From the NCBI GenBank assembly GCA_020720325.1, contig DYOW01000004.1, positions 1 through 53,506 of the forward strand: 53,506 nt of DNA. Direction: 5' to 3'. Position 1 is the stretch's first letter. The number at the start of each line of letters is the position of its first letter. Position numbers and translations under genes: made by a program. Under the pieces are notes generated by a model, which was not told the DNA's origin, searched no databases, and saw only the letters and a program-made list of their open reading frames with translations. Source of the DNA: Desulfobulbus propionicus (GTDB taxonomy: Bacteria; Desulfobacterota; Dissulfuribacteria; Dissulfuribacterales; DYOW01). This document shows positions 1 to 9,272 of the stretch, one piece after another.

Positions 1-122
1 CTACATGGACAAGCATTCCAGGAGGTCTGGTTTATATAACCACAGGGGACTTTAACGGAGACGGAAAGGATGATGTGGCGGGACTTGGCTGTGATGGAAA
101 TGTTTATTACTCCCTGACCTGA
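1..122 (+). CDS. 3' end of an FG-GAP/VCBS-repeat protein (5' part lies outside the window)
   Basis: The frame starting at nt 3 reads TWTSIPGGLVYITTGDFNGDGKDDVAGLGCDGNVYYSLT and stops at TGA 120-122. Nt 1-55 are identical to nt 2167-2221 of the next gene. Confidence 0.8.
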   Translation, partial: TWTSIPGGLVYITTGDFNGDGKDDVAGLGCDGNVYYSLT

Positions 123-221
123 AATAATGGGTTTCTATCATCTGAAGAATTATTTTTAATAATAAATCAGACCCTACTTAACTAAACTAATACAATACTT
201 TTTATTAAAAATGAGGTTTTT

Positions 222-2432
222 ATGTTTAGAAATATAATTTCATTAACACTTTTACTTATGTTTGCCACATTTTTTTTTATTGTGCCTCAGTTAGCATATC
301 CGGCAGGTGATAGTTTTTATGTCTCCCCCGCAGGTAACGATACAAACACAGGCGCATTTTCATCTCCCTGGAAAACCATTCAAAAAGCTGCAAATACTCT
401 GCAAGCCGGAGATACAGTATATGTGAGGGCAGGGACATATAAAGAAAAAATAAGACCTTTAAATTCCGGCACAGCTTCAAGCTACATAACATATTCTGTA
501 TATAATAATGAAGAGGCAATAATAGACGGAATTGATTTGTTATTTGAAGATCAGTTTGACGGGCTTTTTTTCCTTGAGGCTAAAAAATTTATTAAAATTG
601 AAAAATTTAATATTAAAAACTCAAAAGCAGCCGGAATTCTTGTTGATCTTTCCGAAGGCGTCATAATTGAAAATAACAAGACTTATAATACTATTTCGTC
701 CGGAATAGGGGCATGGGCAAGCAAGAATATCACAATAAAAAACAATGAAGTTCAGTTAGCCTGCAATGATGGTAATCAGGAATGTATATCAGTTGGAGCT
801 GTTGATGGCTTTGAGGTGGCATATAACCATATTTTTAACGGAGGACCTGGAACTAACGGCGGTGAGGGAATATGTCTTAAAGATGGTTCTTCAAATGGTA
901 AGGCTTATAAAAATCATGTCCATAATATTAACAGACCAGGCATTTATGTTGACGCATGGGATAAACATACCTATAACATTGATGTTTATCAGAATATAGT
1001 CCATGACAATGAATCAACTGGTTTCTCCATTGCCTCTGAACAGGGAGGACTTCTTGAGAATATAAGGTTTTACAACAATATTTCCTATAAAAACAAGTGG
1101 GCTGGGCTTAATTTTTCCACTTGTTGCATTGATAATCATCCGGTGTCAAATGTAAAGGTCATAAACAACACATTTTATAATAACGGCAAAGACCCGTGGG
1201 GCGGCGGCATATTACTGGAAAATCCCCAGGTGACAAATGTGGTTATAAGAAATAATATAAGCAGTCAGAATCTCACCTTTCAGATGGCTGTTGATCCAAA
1301 GGTGTCCCAAAGTAATTATACAGCTGACCACAATCTTATTGATGGCTTCAGGGGTGATCCTGATGAGATTAACGGAACAGATTATGTGAAAGGAGACCCT
1401 TTTTTTGTAAATTTTCAGACACCAGATTTTAACATACAGCAAAATTCCCCTGCAATAGATAAGGGAAGTGCAACTGACGCGCCTATGGATGATTATGCCG
1501 GCAAAGCAAGACCTTTTGGCGCAGGATATGATATTGGCGCTTATGAATACATCCAGGCTTCATCCTCATCTTTTTCAATAATTGCCTGCGATATAAACGG
1601 GGATAATAAAAAAGATGTGTTATTAAAAGACAATTCCGGAATTATTAAATATACGACAAATTTAACAGGCTGGACACAGGTTAACAGCTCGATTGAAAAG
1701 TCTGTTGCCTGCGGAGATATAAACGGTGACGGCATGGACGATATAATCGGGATGAACAATAACAGCTCAATTTATTATACTCTTGATAAAGGTTCAAACT
1801 GGCAGAATATCCCCGGTTCTCTGGACAAAATTTTTCTGGCGGATATGAACGGAGATGGAAAAACAGATATTCTTGGCTTAAATCCACAGGGTTATATTTA
1901 CATTACCTATAATTTGCTGGACTGGATAAATATTCCCGGAGTATTAAATGATATTCAACCGGGCAATTTTAATACATCAAGAGCCGGCGATGAATTTGCG
2001 GGAATAAACACCAGCGGATATGTCTATTACACAAATGATTTATATAACTGGACAAATATTCCCGGCGCACTTTCAGGATTATTTTCAGGAGATATAAACG
2101 GAGATGGAAAAGCGGATTTACTGGGTTTAAATGCCAATAACGAGATATATTATACGACAAATCTCACTACATGGACAAGCATTCCAGGAGGTCTGGTTTA
2201 TATAACCACAGGGGACTTTAATGGTGACGGAAAAAAAGATATTATAGGCCTAAACAGCTCAAATCAGGCATATTACACAACAAACCTTACAGACTGGATA
2301 AACATCCCCGGTAGTTTCACAAGCCTTGCGACAGGGGATTTTAACGGTGACGGAAAGGATGATGTGGCGGGTTTTGCAAGTGACGGCAATGTTTATTATA
2401 CTTTGGATTTAAATAGCTGGGTTAAGATTTGA
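222..2432 (+). CDS. Secreted right-handed parallel beta-helix protein with a C-terminal 7-blade FG-GAP/VCBS propeller
   Basis: N-terminal signal peptide (LLLMFATFFFIVPQLAYPA). YVSPAGNDTNTG...GDTVYVRAGTYKE start and repeated NN-I-xN turns typical of pectate-lyase-fold repeats. Seven ~45-aa modules carry the GD(I/F)NGDGKxDxxG Ca-binding-like motif. Confidence 0.8.
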   Translation: MFRNIISLTLLLMFATFFFIVPQLAYPAGDSFYVSPAGNDTNTGAFSSPWKTIQKAANTLQAGDTVYVRAGTYKEKIRPLNSGTASSYITYSVYNNEEAIIDGIDLLFEDQFDGLFFLEAKKFIKIEKFNIKNSKAAGILVDLSEGVIIENNKTYNTISSGIGAWASKNITIKNNEVQLACNDGNQECISVGAVDGFEVAYNHIFNGGPGTNGGEGICLKDGSSNGKAYKNHVHNINRPGIYVDAWDKHTYNIDVYQNIVHDNESTGFSIASEQGGLLENIRFYNNISYKNKWAGLNFSTCCIDNHPVSNVKVINNTFYNNGKDPWGGGILLENPQVTNVVIRNNISSQNLTFQMAVDPKVSQSNYTADHNLIDGFRGDPDEINGTDYVKGDPFFVNFQTPDFNIQQNSPAIDKGSATDAPMDDYAGKARPFGAGYDIGAYEYIQASSSSFSIIACDINGDNKKDVLLKDNSGIIKYTTNLTGWTQVNSSIEKSVACGDINGDGMDDIIGMNNNSSIYYTLDKGSNWQNIPGSLDKIFLADMNGDGKTDILGLNPQGYIYITYNLLDWINIPGVLNDIQPGNFNTSRAGDEFAGINTSGYVYYTNDLYNWTNIPGALSGLFSGDINGDGKADLLGLNANNEIYYTTNLTTWTSIPGGLVYITTGDFNGDGKKDIIGLNSSNQAYYTTNLTDWINIPGSFTSLATGDFNGDGKDDVAGFASDGNVYYTLDLNSWVKI

Positions 2433-2450
2433 AGTTGTTATTTATATCTT

Positions 2451-2670
2451 CATAAGTAAAACCATTAATTTTTGTCAGAATCACGGAACAAGAAGATTAC
2501 ACGGATTCCACGGAAAAATACCGATATTCCCTTATTAAATTCTGTTAATTCTTTAATTCCAAAAATTCATGTTCAGACATTCTTTCTTTTCCGTGTAATC
2601 CTATAATCAGTGTAATCCGTGATTCTGACAAAAAATGACACGTTGAGGCTTTACTTTTGTAAGTATTAAT
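2451..2670. repeat. Nested-palindrome MITE-like intergenic element, copy 1
   Basis: Inner inverted termini TTTGTCAGAATCACGGA (2471-2487) and TCCGTGATTCTGACAAA (2617-2633). Outer arms TAAGTAAAACC / GGCTTTACTT. Internal ACGGATTAC-type sub-repeats. Homologous to 6633-6881. Confidence 0.75.
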
Positions 2671-2734
2671 ATTTAATTAACTTATTAAAGCTATCTTATT
2701 AGAGTTAAAAACCAGACAATATAGGGAAAAAAAC

Positions 2735-2998
2735 CTAAAAAGATAAAATATATCCCAGATAATAAATTTGCTTAAATATGTCACTCATTAAGCCAGGGAC
2801 AAAACTACGCCAGATTCCTTTTCTGAAAAGTGATATTTTGGCGATTAGCAGCAGAAAAAAACCTGAAAACATAAGAAATTTTGGGACAATAAGCGCAGCA
2901 AAAAGACCAAGAATTATAGTTATTAATAAAAAAGGTATTTCAACCAGATATATAGAAGTTTTTCTATCTTTTTCTTTTTTATATATCCAAACAGACAT
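2735..2998 (-). CDS. Small hypothetical membrane protein (2 predicted TM segments)
   Basis: 87-aa ORF with two hydrophobic stretches. It lies 2 nt downstream of the preceding minus-strand membrane-protein gene. No recognisable motif. Confidence 0.4.
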   Translation of the reverse strand: MSVWIYKKEKDRKTSIYLVEIPFLLITIILGLFAALIVPKFLMFSGFFLLLIAKISLFRKGIWRSFVPGLMSDIFKQIYYLGYILSF

Positions 2999-3000
2999 TT

Positions 3001-3732
3001 TTACCTGAAATTAACCACTGAATATTTATCAATCAAATAAAAACTAACAAGCCAGAAGGGAATTTGCAATAAAAAAACAAGAAAATCCTTTTTGCTTATT
3101 TTTCTGTATGAATCAGCATTGGTTTCAATATCCCAGGGTATTGCAATGCCCACGGCGCAGAGAAAATTATACATAACAAAACATTCCAGCGTAAATGGTG
3201 GAAATCCGAAAAAACCCAGAACCGGCATCTCAAAGAGCTTTATTTCTCCCACAAATGGCACAGTGTATATCCACTTTGCGGTAGCCCAGAAGTTCCAGAA
3301 TTCCCATAAAAAACCGCAGATAGCGCCAGCAAAAAGCAATTGTAAAATCCGGCCAGGTTTTCCCTCAGATAATTCATAGATAAGGCTATTTTTTCGGGTA
3401 ATAATATTTAACGGGTCAATTATGAGATAAAAACCGCCCCACACAAGGGGAAAGCAATATTTTGGAAATATAGCGCTTACAATAAGAAAAATAACGCCTG
3501 TTGTTACAAGTATAAACTTCAGCCGTCTATCAACAGTAAATAATCCTGATTTGACGTTATTAAACAGTCCAAAGGCTTTGAGCAGCAAAAATGTCTCAAA
3601 AAGACCAAGTAAAACCGTGCCAAAAGCAATTGCATAACAAATCCATCTTATAGCTAAATTATTAATAAGATTTATATAATGCCAGTTATTCAGAGAAATA
3701 TTAAAAAGCTCAAAAACAAGCCATATTGTCAC
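3001..3732 (-). CDS. Polytopic integral membrane protein, family not recognised (N-terminus uncertain)
   Basis: 243-aa ORF from a GTG start with multiple hydrophobic helices. The same frame stays open, and hydrophobic, up to nt 3987 without any ATG/GTG/TTG. Confidence 0.6.
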   Translation of the reverse strand: MTIWLVFELFNISLNNWHYINLINNLAIRWICYAIAFGTVLLGLFETFLLLKAFGLFNNVKSGLFTVDRRLKFILVTTGVIFLIVSAIFPKYCFPLVWGGFYLIIDPLNIITRKNSLIYELSEGKPGRILQLLFAGAICGFLWEFWNFWATAKWIYTVPFVGEIKLFEMPVLGFFGFPPFTLECFVMYNFLCAVGIAIPWDIETNADSYRKISKKDFLVFLLQIPFWLVSFYLIDKYSVVNFR

Positions 3733-3943
3733 TGACCAGGGAATAAGTGAAATAAGGGAATTGGGGGTGGTTTTTAATATTGAAAAGCCTGTTTTTTTGT
3801 AGTGAAGCCCGTCAATAAAGAGAATATATGGCCACCATATAAGCAGATAAAAAAAATCACCAATAAAAGGGGCTTTCAGGAAAAGCAGCGTCTCAAAAAA
3901 AATGAGACAGAATAAAGCCCCTTTTGAGTATAAAGGTAGAGTC

Positions 3944-4732
3944 TTATTTTTTTGCAGGCTGGTTACCGGCGCCTTTTGCTTCAGCGCTTAGAGAATTTAA
4001 TTTTTCTTTTAACTTTGCCTCTTCCATTGCGCCTGACTGCGGAATACCGTCAGAGAAGATATAAGTGGGTGTTGCGGAGATTCCTTTTGATGAGAGGAAA
4101 TTAACTGTGTCTTCAATTTTTTTCTTGCCTTCCGCGCACTGATTTTCGCTTTTATAATTTATTTTAAGACCTTCAAGTCCTTTCTTGTCACAGATAATTG
4201 CAATTGATTCTTCTTTGGCGCCTTTGTGGAAAGGAAGAGGATAAAGAAGGAATTTAACCTGAAACTCACCTTTTTCAGCAAGGGGAGCCATTGCTTCTTC
4301 TGCTTTTTTGCAATAAGGGCACTGTGGGTCAGTCACAAAGTAAAAGGATTTTCCGCTTTTGCCCAGTGTAAACGCCACCATGTTGTCAAGTTTTTTCATG
4401 TCATCCATTGAAAGACGGTTAAGTTCCTTTAAGGTTTCACCAGTGAGATTAACTCCGTCAGAAACCCTTAAAATCTGCCCTGGGATGAAATACTCACCCT
4501 TTGTGTCTGTATAGATTATATTGTTTTGTCCCATGAATTTTACCTGTACCTGACAAAGATTATCAACAGGGGTAGATGAAATATTGGATATTTCAATCTC
4601 TTTTTTAAATACTGATTTTAATCCCACTTCAAGACCTGTTTTTTCAGGGCAATTAGCAGCAGCAAAGACGCTGGATGCAAATAAACCTATTGCAGCCGTT
4701 AGAATCACTCTTTTTAAGATGTTTTTTTTCAT
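3944..4732 (-). CDS. Periplasmic thiol:disulfide interchange protein, DsbC/DsbG family
   Basis: Signal peptide, a DsbC-type N-terminal domain, a thioredoxin-fold CPYC active site (DPQCPYCKK) and a TPTY cis-Pro-loop-like motif. Confidence 0.8.
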   Translation of the reverse strand: MKKNILKRVILTAAIGLFASSVFAAANCPEKTGLEVGLKSVFKKEIEISNISSTPVDNLCQVQVKFMGQNNIIYTDTKGEYFIPGQILRVSDGVNLTGETLKELNRLSMDDMKKLDNMVAFTLGKSGKSFYFVTDPQCPYCKKAEEAMAPLAEKGEFQVKFLLYPLPFHKGAKEESIAIICDKKGLEGLKINYKSENQCAEGKKKIEDTVNFLSSKGISATPTYIFSDGIPQSGAMEEAKLKEKLNSLSAEAKGAGNQPAKK

Positions 4733-4770
4733 TTATATCTCCTTATATTTTATATTTATTTATAGAAAAA

Positions 4771-6489
4771 TTATGGCCACCACTTAATATCAAGCCTTTT
4801 TAAAAGGTTAATGCCTCCAAGTAAAACAAGGGTGTTTTTATTGCCTTGTCCATCAAGAAAACACTGAATCTCATATGAACGGGTGGCAGAATTGCACAAA
4901 ATTATCAATGTCTTATTGTCAGGTATCTTATCCATCTCATATCTTATTTTATTATAAGGCACAGAAAGCCATTTGTCAGCAAATTTTTTGACAAAAGGTC
5001 TTGACTCTCTTTCATGTCTGAGATCAAGAACCATCCAATCAGGATTTTCAGTCTTTCCATCCATCCAGTTTAGAAAATCATCAAGTTCAATGGCGCGTAG
5101 CTTCCCTGAAAGAATATTATCGGCAATATAACCTGCAAAATTAAGGGTGTCAACAGCAGTGGAAAAGGGAGGCGCATATGCAAGCTCCATATTTCCTATA
5201 TCTTCAATTAACGGCTTTTTATCAAGAATCGCAGCAATTGCATTGATTCTTGCAAGCAGCGCATCCCCCATGTTCGCATATCCCTGTAATCCGAGAACAC
5301 GTCTTGTTTTTTTATCAGCAACAAGTGACAAAAACATAAGGCTGCTTTCAGGATAAAAATGTGTCCTGTCATATCCGCAGACAAGGCTTTCTATTGCGTC
5401 ATATCCCTCTGCTTTTGCAGCTTCAATGCTAAGACCTGTCCCTCCCACACATATATCAAAAGCCTTCATTATAAAACTTCCAACCCAGCCGTTAAATGTT
5501 GAAGGAATGCCGGCGAGATTATCTCCCACAACCCTGCCTTCGCGGTTTGCAAGAGAGCCCATTGGAGCGATTGTCCTTTTTCCTGTTAATGGATTTATAA
5601 TCTCCACGCAGTCACCGCAGGCATAAATTGCAGGGTCTGATGTCTGCATCCTGTTATTTACAACAATAGCTCCTGAGTGAGAAACGTTTAAGCCAGCATC
5701 CCTTGCAAGCTCCGACCTTGGTCTTACGCCCGCAGCCATAATAACAATATCAGCGGGTATCTCACTATTTTCTGTTATAACTCCGGTGACTTTTCCGTCA
5801 ACTCCCTTTATTTCTTTTGCAGAAGTCCCGGTATATACAGCAATTCCTTTGTCTTTCAAATGTTTTTCAAGCATCATTGCAATGGTCTTAGGCAAAATCC
5901 TCGGAAGAAGCTGGGGCATATATTCTATAACAGTGGTTTTTATACCCCACATATCAGCAAATGCCTCTGCCATTTCAATGCCTATTGCCCCGCCTCCTAT
6001 AACAACAGCATTTGAAACCTCGCCTTTGGCAAGTTTTTCCTTAATTGCAATTGCCTTGTGAAGGTCGCTTATCGCAAACACACCACCAAGATTATTTCCT
6101 GCAATAGGAAGAATATTAGGGGCGCTGCCTGTTGCAAGGACAAGATTATCGTACTTTAATTCCTCTTCATTGCCTGAATCAAGATTTTTTACAAGAACAG
6201 TCTTTTCCTTTCTGTTAATTGATAATGCCTTGGTCCCTGTTAATACATTTATTCCCTTGGCATCCCTGAAATAAGCTGCGTCTCTTAACATTTGATATGT
6301 TGTGGATCTTAAAGCCTTTTCATCCGCCACCTCGCCTGATACATAAAAAGGAATCCCGCACCCACCGTAAGATATAAGATTATCCATATCAACAATTGTG
6401 ATATCCGCATCAGGCATTAATCTCTTTGCCCTGCAAGCAGCCTTTGGCCCTGCGGCAACAGCGCCAATAACAAGAACTTTTTTATTCAT
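4771..6489 (-). CDS. CoA-disulfide reductase / NADH-dependent persulfide reductase-like flavoprotein with a C-terminal rhodanese domain
   Basis: FAD motif VLVIGAVAAGPKAA, redox Cys in SYGGCGIPFY, second dinucleotide motif VVIGGGAIGIEMAE, GDC motif, and a C-terminal rhodanese-like loop CNSATRS. Confidence 0.8.
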   Translation of the reverse strand: MNKKVLVIGAVAAGPKAACRAKRLMPDADITIVDMDNLISYGGCGIPFYVSGEVADEKALRSTTYQMLRDAAYFRDAKGINVLTGTKALSINRKEKTVLVKNLDSGNEEELKYDNLVLATGSAPNILPIAGNNLGGVFAISDLHKAIAIKEKLAKGEVSNAVVIGGGAIGIEMAEAFADMWGIKTTVIEYMPQLLPRILPKTIAMMLEKHLKDKGIAVYTGTSAKEIKGVDGKVTGVITENSEIPADIVIMAAGVRPRSELARDAGLNVSHSGAIVVNNRMQTSDPAIYACGDCVEIINPLTGKRTIAPMGSLANREGRVVGDNLAGIPSTFNGWVGSFIMKAFDICVGGTGLSIEAAKAEGYDAIESLVCGYDRTHFYPESSLMFLSLVADKKTRRVLGLQGYANMGDALLARINAIAAILDKKPLIEDIGNMELAYAPPFSTAVDTLNFAGYIADNILSGKLRAIELDDFLNWMDGKTENPDWMVLDLRHERESRPFVKKFADKWLSVPYNKIRYEMDKIPDNKTLIILCNSATRSYEIQCFLDGQGNKNTLVLLGGINLLKRLDIKWWP

Positions 6490-6632
6490 TTATTAACCCC
6501 TAAAAAAAAAATTAAAAAATATTATTATAATAGAAAATTAAAGATTTTGGATAAAAATTAGTGATAAATTAGAGGGTAAGATTTAAATTATAAAAGTTTG
6601 AAGTTTTTAGTTTAAGCAATTATTAAAACTCT

Positions 6633-6881
6633 CATAAATAAAGCCATTAAGAATTGTCTGAATCACGGATTACTCGGATTACAGGATTACACGGAAAATA
6701 AGAAATTCTGATTTTAATTTTTGAAATTAAAAAATTAACTTAATCAAATAAGAAAGTTAGTTCTTTTCTTTCCGTGTGATCCGTGTAATCTTCTTTTTCC
6801 GTGATTCAGACAAAAAAAAGTGTAAAGCTAACTTTCTTTCTAAAAACAATACTTAGTGGCTTTACTTTTGCATGTATTAAT
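6633..6881. repeat. Nested-palindrome MITE-like intergenic element, copy 2 (aligns best as the reverse complement of copy 1)
   Basis: Inner termini TTGTCTGAATCACGGA (6654-6669) and TCCGTGATTCAGACAA (6799-6814). Outer arms TAAATAAAGCC / GGCTTTACTT. By eye, its arms match the reverse complement of the arms of 2471-2633 at roughly 85-90%. Confidence 0.75.
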
Positions 6882-6942
6882 AATTACATGGCAGCCCCTG
6901 TCCCTGCTTAACACTTAAAACTTTTTTAACTTAAATCTTCCT

Positions 6943-8835
6943 TTAATAATTTTGATCCATCCACATATCTTTGATAAATCTGACAACCTTGTTTCTGCCT
7001 GTTTCCTTTGCTTTGTACAGCGCGACATCTGCATATTTTACAGCTTCCCAGAAATTTGCTGTATCCTGAGGAAATTCACAGATACCAATACTTATAGTCT
7101 TTTTAAGGAATCCTGACGGTATTTTAACCTTTAAATCTTCTATGTTTTTCCTTATTTTTTCAGCGACATTTTCGGAATTGCCAAGCTTTATATCCATTAA
7201 TATAACCATAAATTCCTCACCGCCATATCTTATCACCATGTCTGCTGACCTTACTGTTTCTAAAATTGAACTTGCTGTTTCCTTTAATACCATATCTCCA
7301 ACATCGTGACCATGAGAGTCATTCACCTGTTTGAAATAATCAATATCACACATTAAAATAGCCATATTTGTTTCACGTCTGAGAATGCCCGAAGTGATGC
7401 TTCCTGAGCTTTCTTCGAGAAATCTTCTGTTATAAAGACCTGTTAAACTATCCCTTATGGCTGTCATTTTGAGAAATTGCATTAATCTTTTTGCCTCAAG
7501 AACAGGCTGCGCCTCTTTGATAAATTGTTTTGCCCTGCCTATTTTTTTCTCAACCTCCTGACTATTGCAATTCACATCACGTTCACACAAAAATTGAACA
7601 ACACCACCTACTTCTCCGGCAATAATAATTGGGACACAAAAATGATCAACAGCGCTTGACGGGAGAAAATATTTGCAGATTTCTTCATATTTCTCAGATG
7701 TCACAGAATGACCTGTTCTTTTTGTCCTGCAGAGATTGCAATTAAGCAAAATATCAGTTGCGCAGTATATAGTATCCAAATTGGCAGGATAAACCACCCT
7801 CATTGTATTTTTACTGTTGAAAATTTCATAAATTATACATTTTAGTCCTAATTCATCTGTGAAAATATGTCCTAACCTGTAGTAAATATCATCTATTGTC
7901 TCATCTTCTTCTATAATTTTCTTAAATGAATTGACATATTCAATACTATCAATGAGAGAATTAAAAGATTTACATAAAATGCCTATTTCATCAACTGAAT
8001 TTATTTTTAATCTCTTTTTAAGATCGATTTCACCTGTAGATAATGCCTTAATTTGTTCAGACAGCAAATCTATATTGCTTTTTATGGATTTGGTCATTAA
8101 ATAACCAAAAATTATAGATAGAAGTATTCCAAGAATTATTGATATTGTCACTATTACAATCACAAGATATAAGATATGCTGAATTTGCTCTTTGAAATCT
8201 TCAGATTGTTTGGAGACATCATTAGAAAAAATATTAAGATTATGAACTACATCTTTTGTTAAAATATCATATTCCCTTAATTTGCTTAAAATTTTCTCTC
8301 TGTTATTTTGTCCTGATTTTTCAGATAATATTTCCGTCAATAAATCTTCAAGGGATTTTAGCTGATTATTAAGAATTTTAAAAAATTCAATATTTTCAGG
8401 TTTAACAATTTTTCTTGTTTTATAAAATATATAATTATCCTCAATGGATACGGAAATATCCCTGATAGTCCCGCCTTCTAACATTGTTATAATATAAGCT
8501 TTGCATTGTTCCAATCTTTTTAATGCATTTGAATAATTTTGATTAGCCTGTTCCATTTCATCAGAAATTATAATTTTATGCACGGATATGCTGGCTCCTC
8601 TTATTTTTCTTATCATGATCTCCGAGGTTCTTCCCCAGGGTATAATTTCCTCTATAACAATATCTGCCTTTAACTGAACAATAAAAAGCGCTGAAAAACA
8701 TGTAAGATTAATAACTAAAAACCAAAATAGATAACCAGATGAAAATAACAAAAACTTTCTGTTAATTGGAAGGTCTCTAAATGTAAGTATTGCTAAAATT
8801 TTTTTTAACATATAAATTTCCTTATATCCTGACAT
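6943..8835 (-). CDS. Membrane-anchored diguanylate cyclase (TM - HAMP - Cys-rich GAF-like module - GGDEF)
   Basis: C-terminal GGDEF domain (RYGGEEF, DIDYFKQVNDSHGHDVGD). N-terminal TM helices and a second TM followed by a HAMP-like segment. The start could instead be the ATG at 8811. Confidence 0.85.
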   Translation of the reverse strand: MSGYKEIYMLKKILAILTFRDLPINRKFLLFSSGYLFWFLVINLTCFSALFIVQLKADIVIEEIIPWGRTSEIMIRKIRGASISVHKIIISDEMEQANQNYSNALKRLEQCKAYIITMLEGGTIRDISVSIEDNYIFYKTRKIVKPENIEFFKILNNQLKSLEDLLTEILSEKSGQNNREKILSKLREYDILTKDVVHNLNIFSNDVSKQSEDFKEQIQHILYLVIVIVTISIILGILLSIIFGYLMTKSIKSNIDLLSEQIKALSTGEIDLKKRLKINSVDEIGILCKSFNSLIDSIEYVNSFKKIIEEDETIDDIYYRLGHIFTDELGLKCIIYEIFNSKNTMRVVYPANLDTIYCATDILLNCNLCRTKRTGHSVTSEKYEEICKYFLPSSAVDHFCVPIIIAGEVGGVVQFLCERDVNCNSQEVEKKIGRAKQFIKEAQPVLEAKRLMQFLKMTAIRDSLTGLYNRRFLEESSGSITSGILRRETNMAILMCDIDYFKQVNDSHGHDVGDMVLKETASSILETVRSADMVIRYGGEEFMVILMDIKLGNSENVAEKIRKNIEDLKVKIPSGFLKKTISIGICEFPQDTANFWEAVKYADVALYKAKETGRNKVVRFIKDMWMDQNY

Positions 8836-9148
8836 TAATTTTTGTCATCAAATTGCGTAAACTATAGTAATTCGCAGCCTTTCAATACATTATCGCGCTG
8901 TTTTTTTTCATAAAATTATCCTATAAAATCAAAATATTAGACTAACACTACCAATGCGTATTTTTTTATTTTTTACATTTTTTATGATATCGCAGAATTT
9001 TTAAATTTTTATAGAAAATATTAACATAATTTTTTATATTTGAAGATATTTTTTTCATTTTTTAAACAAAATTATTGTATTTCTCATATCTCATAAGATT
9101 TATTAAAAATTTTTTTTAATAAATCTTTTAAAAAAAAACAAAAAATTA

Positions 9149-9176
9149 TTGACATAATATAAAAAAGTGGTAATAT
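9149..9176 (+). promoter_or_regulatory. Sigma70-type promoter for tRNA-Asn
   Basis: TTGACA (9149-9154), 16-nt spacer, TAATAT (9171-9176), about 20 nt upstream of the tRNA. Confidence 0.5.
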
Positions 9177-9197
9177 TTTTTTTTCATTTGCATCTGT

Positions 9198-9272
9198 TCC
9201 CTGGTAGCTCAATGGCAGAGCGGATGGCTGTTAACCATTAGGTTGGGGGTTCGAGTCCCTCCCAGGGAGCCA
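9198..9272 (+). tRNA. tRNA-Asn (anticodon GTT)
   Basis: Cloverleaf read by hand. Acceptor TCCCTGG/CCAGGGA, D arm GCTC..GAGC, anticodon stem GATGG/CCATT with loop CTGTTAA, T arm GGGGG-TTCGAGT-CCCTC, encoded CCA. Confidence 0.9.

Noticed and set aside
2778-3379. Plus-strand ORFs 2778-3008 and 3092-3379
   Set aside because: They are antisense to the two minus-strand membrane-protein genes. They are basic and low-complexity, with no RBS.
8836-9148. Possible CRISPR array or ncRNA in the long AT-rich gaps (8836-9148, 11651-11780, 34413-34730, 41266-41449)
   Set aside because: There is no regularly spaced repeat-spacer pattern and no GC-rich structured segment. Only homopolymer A/T runs and low-complexity sequence are present.
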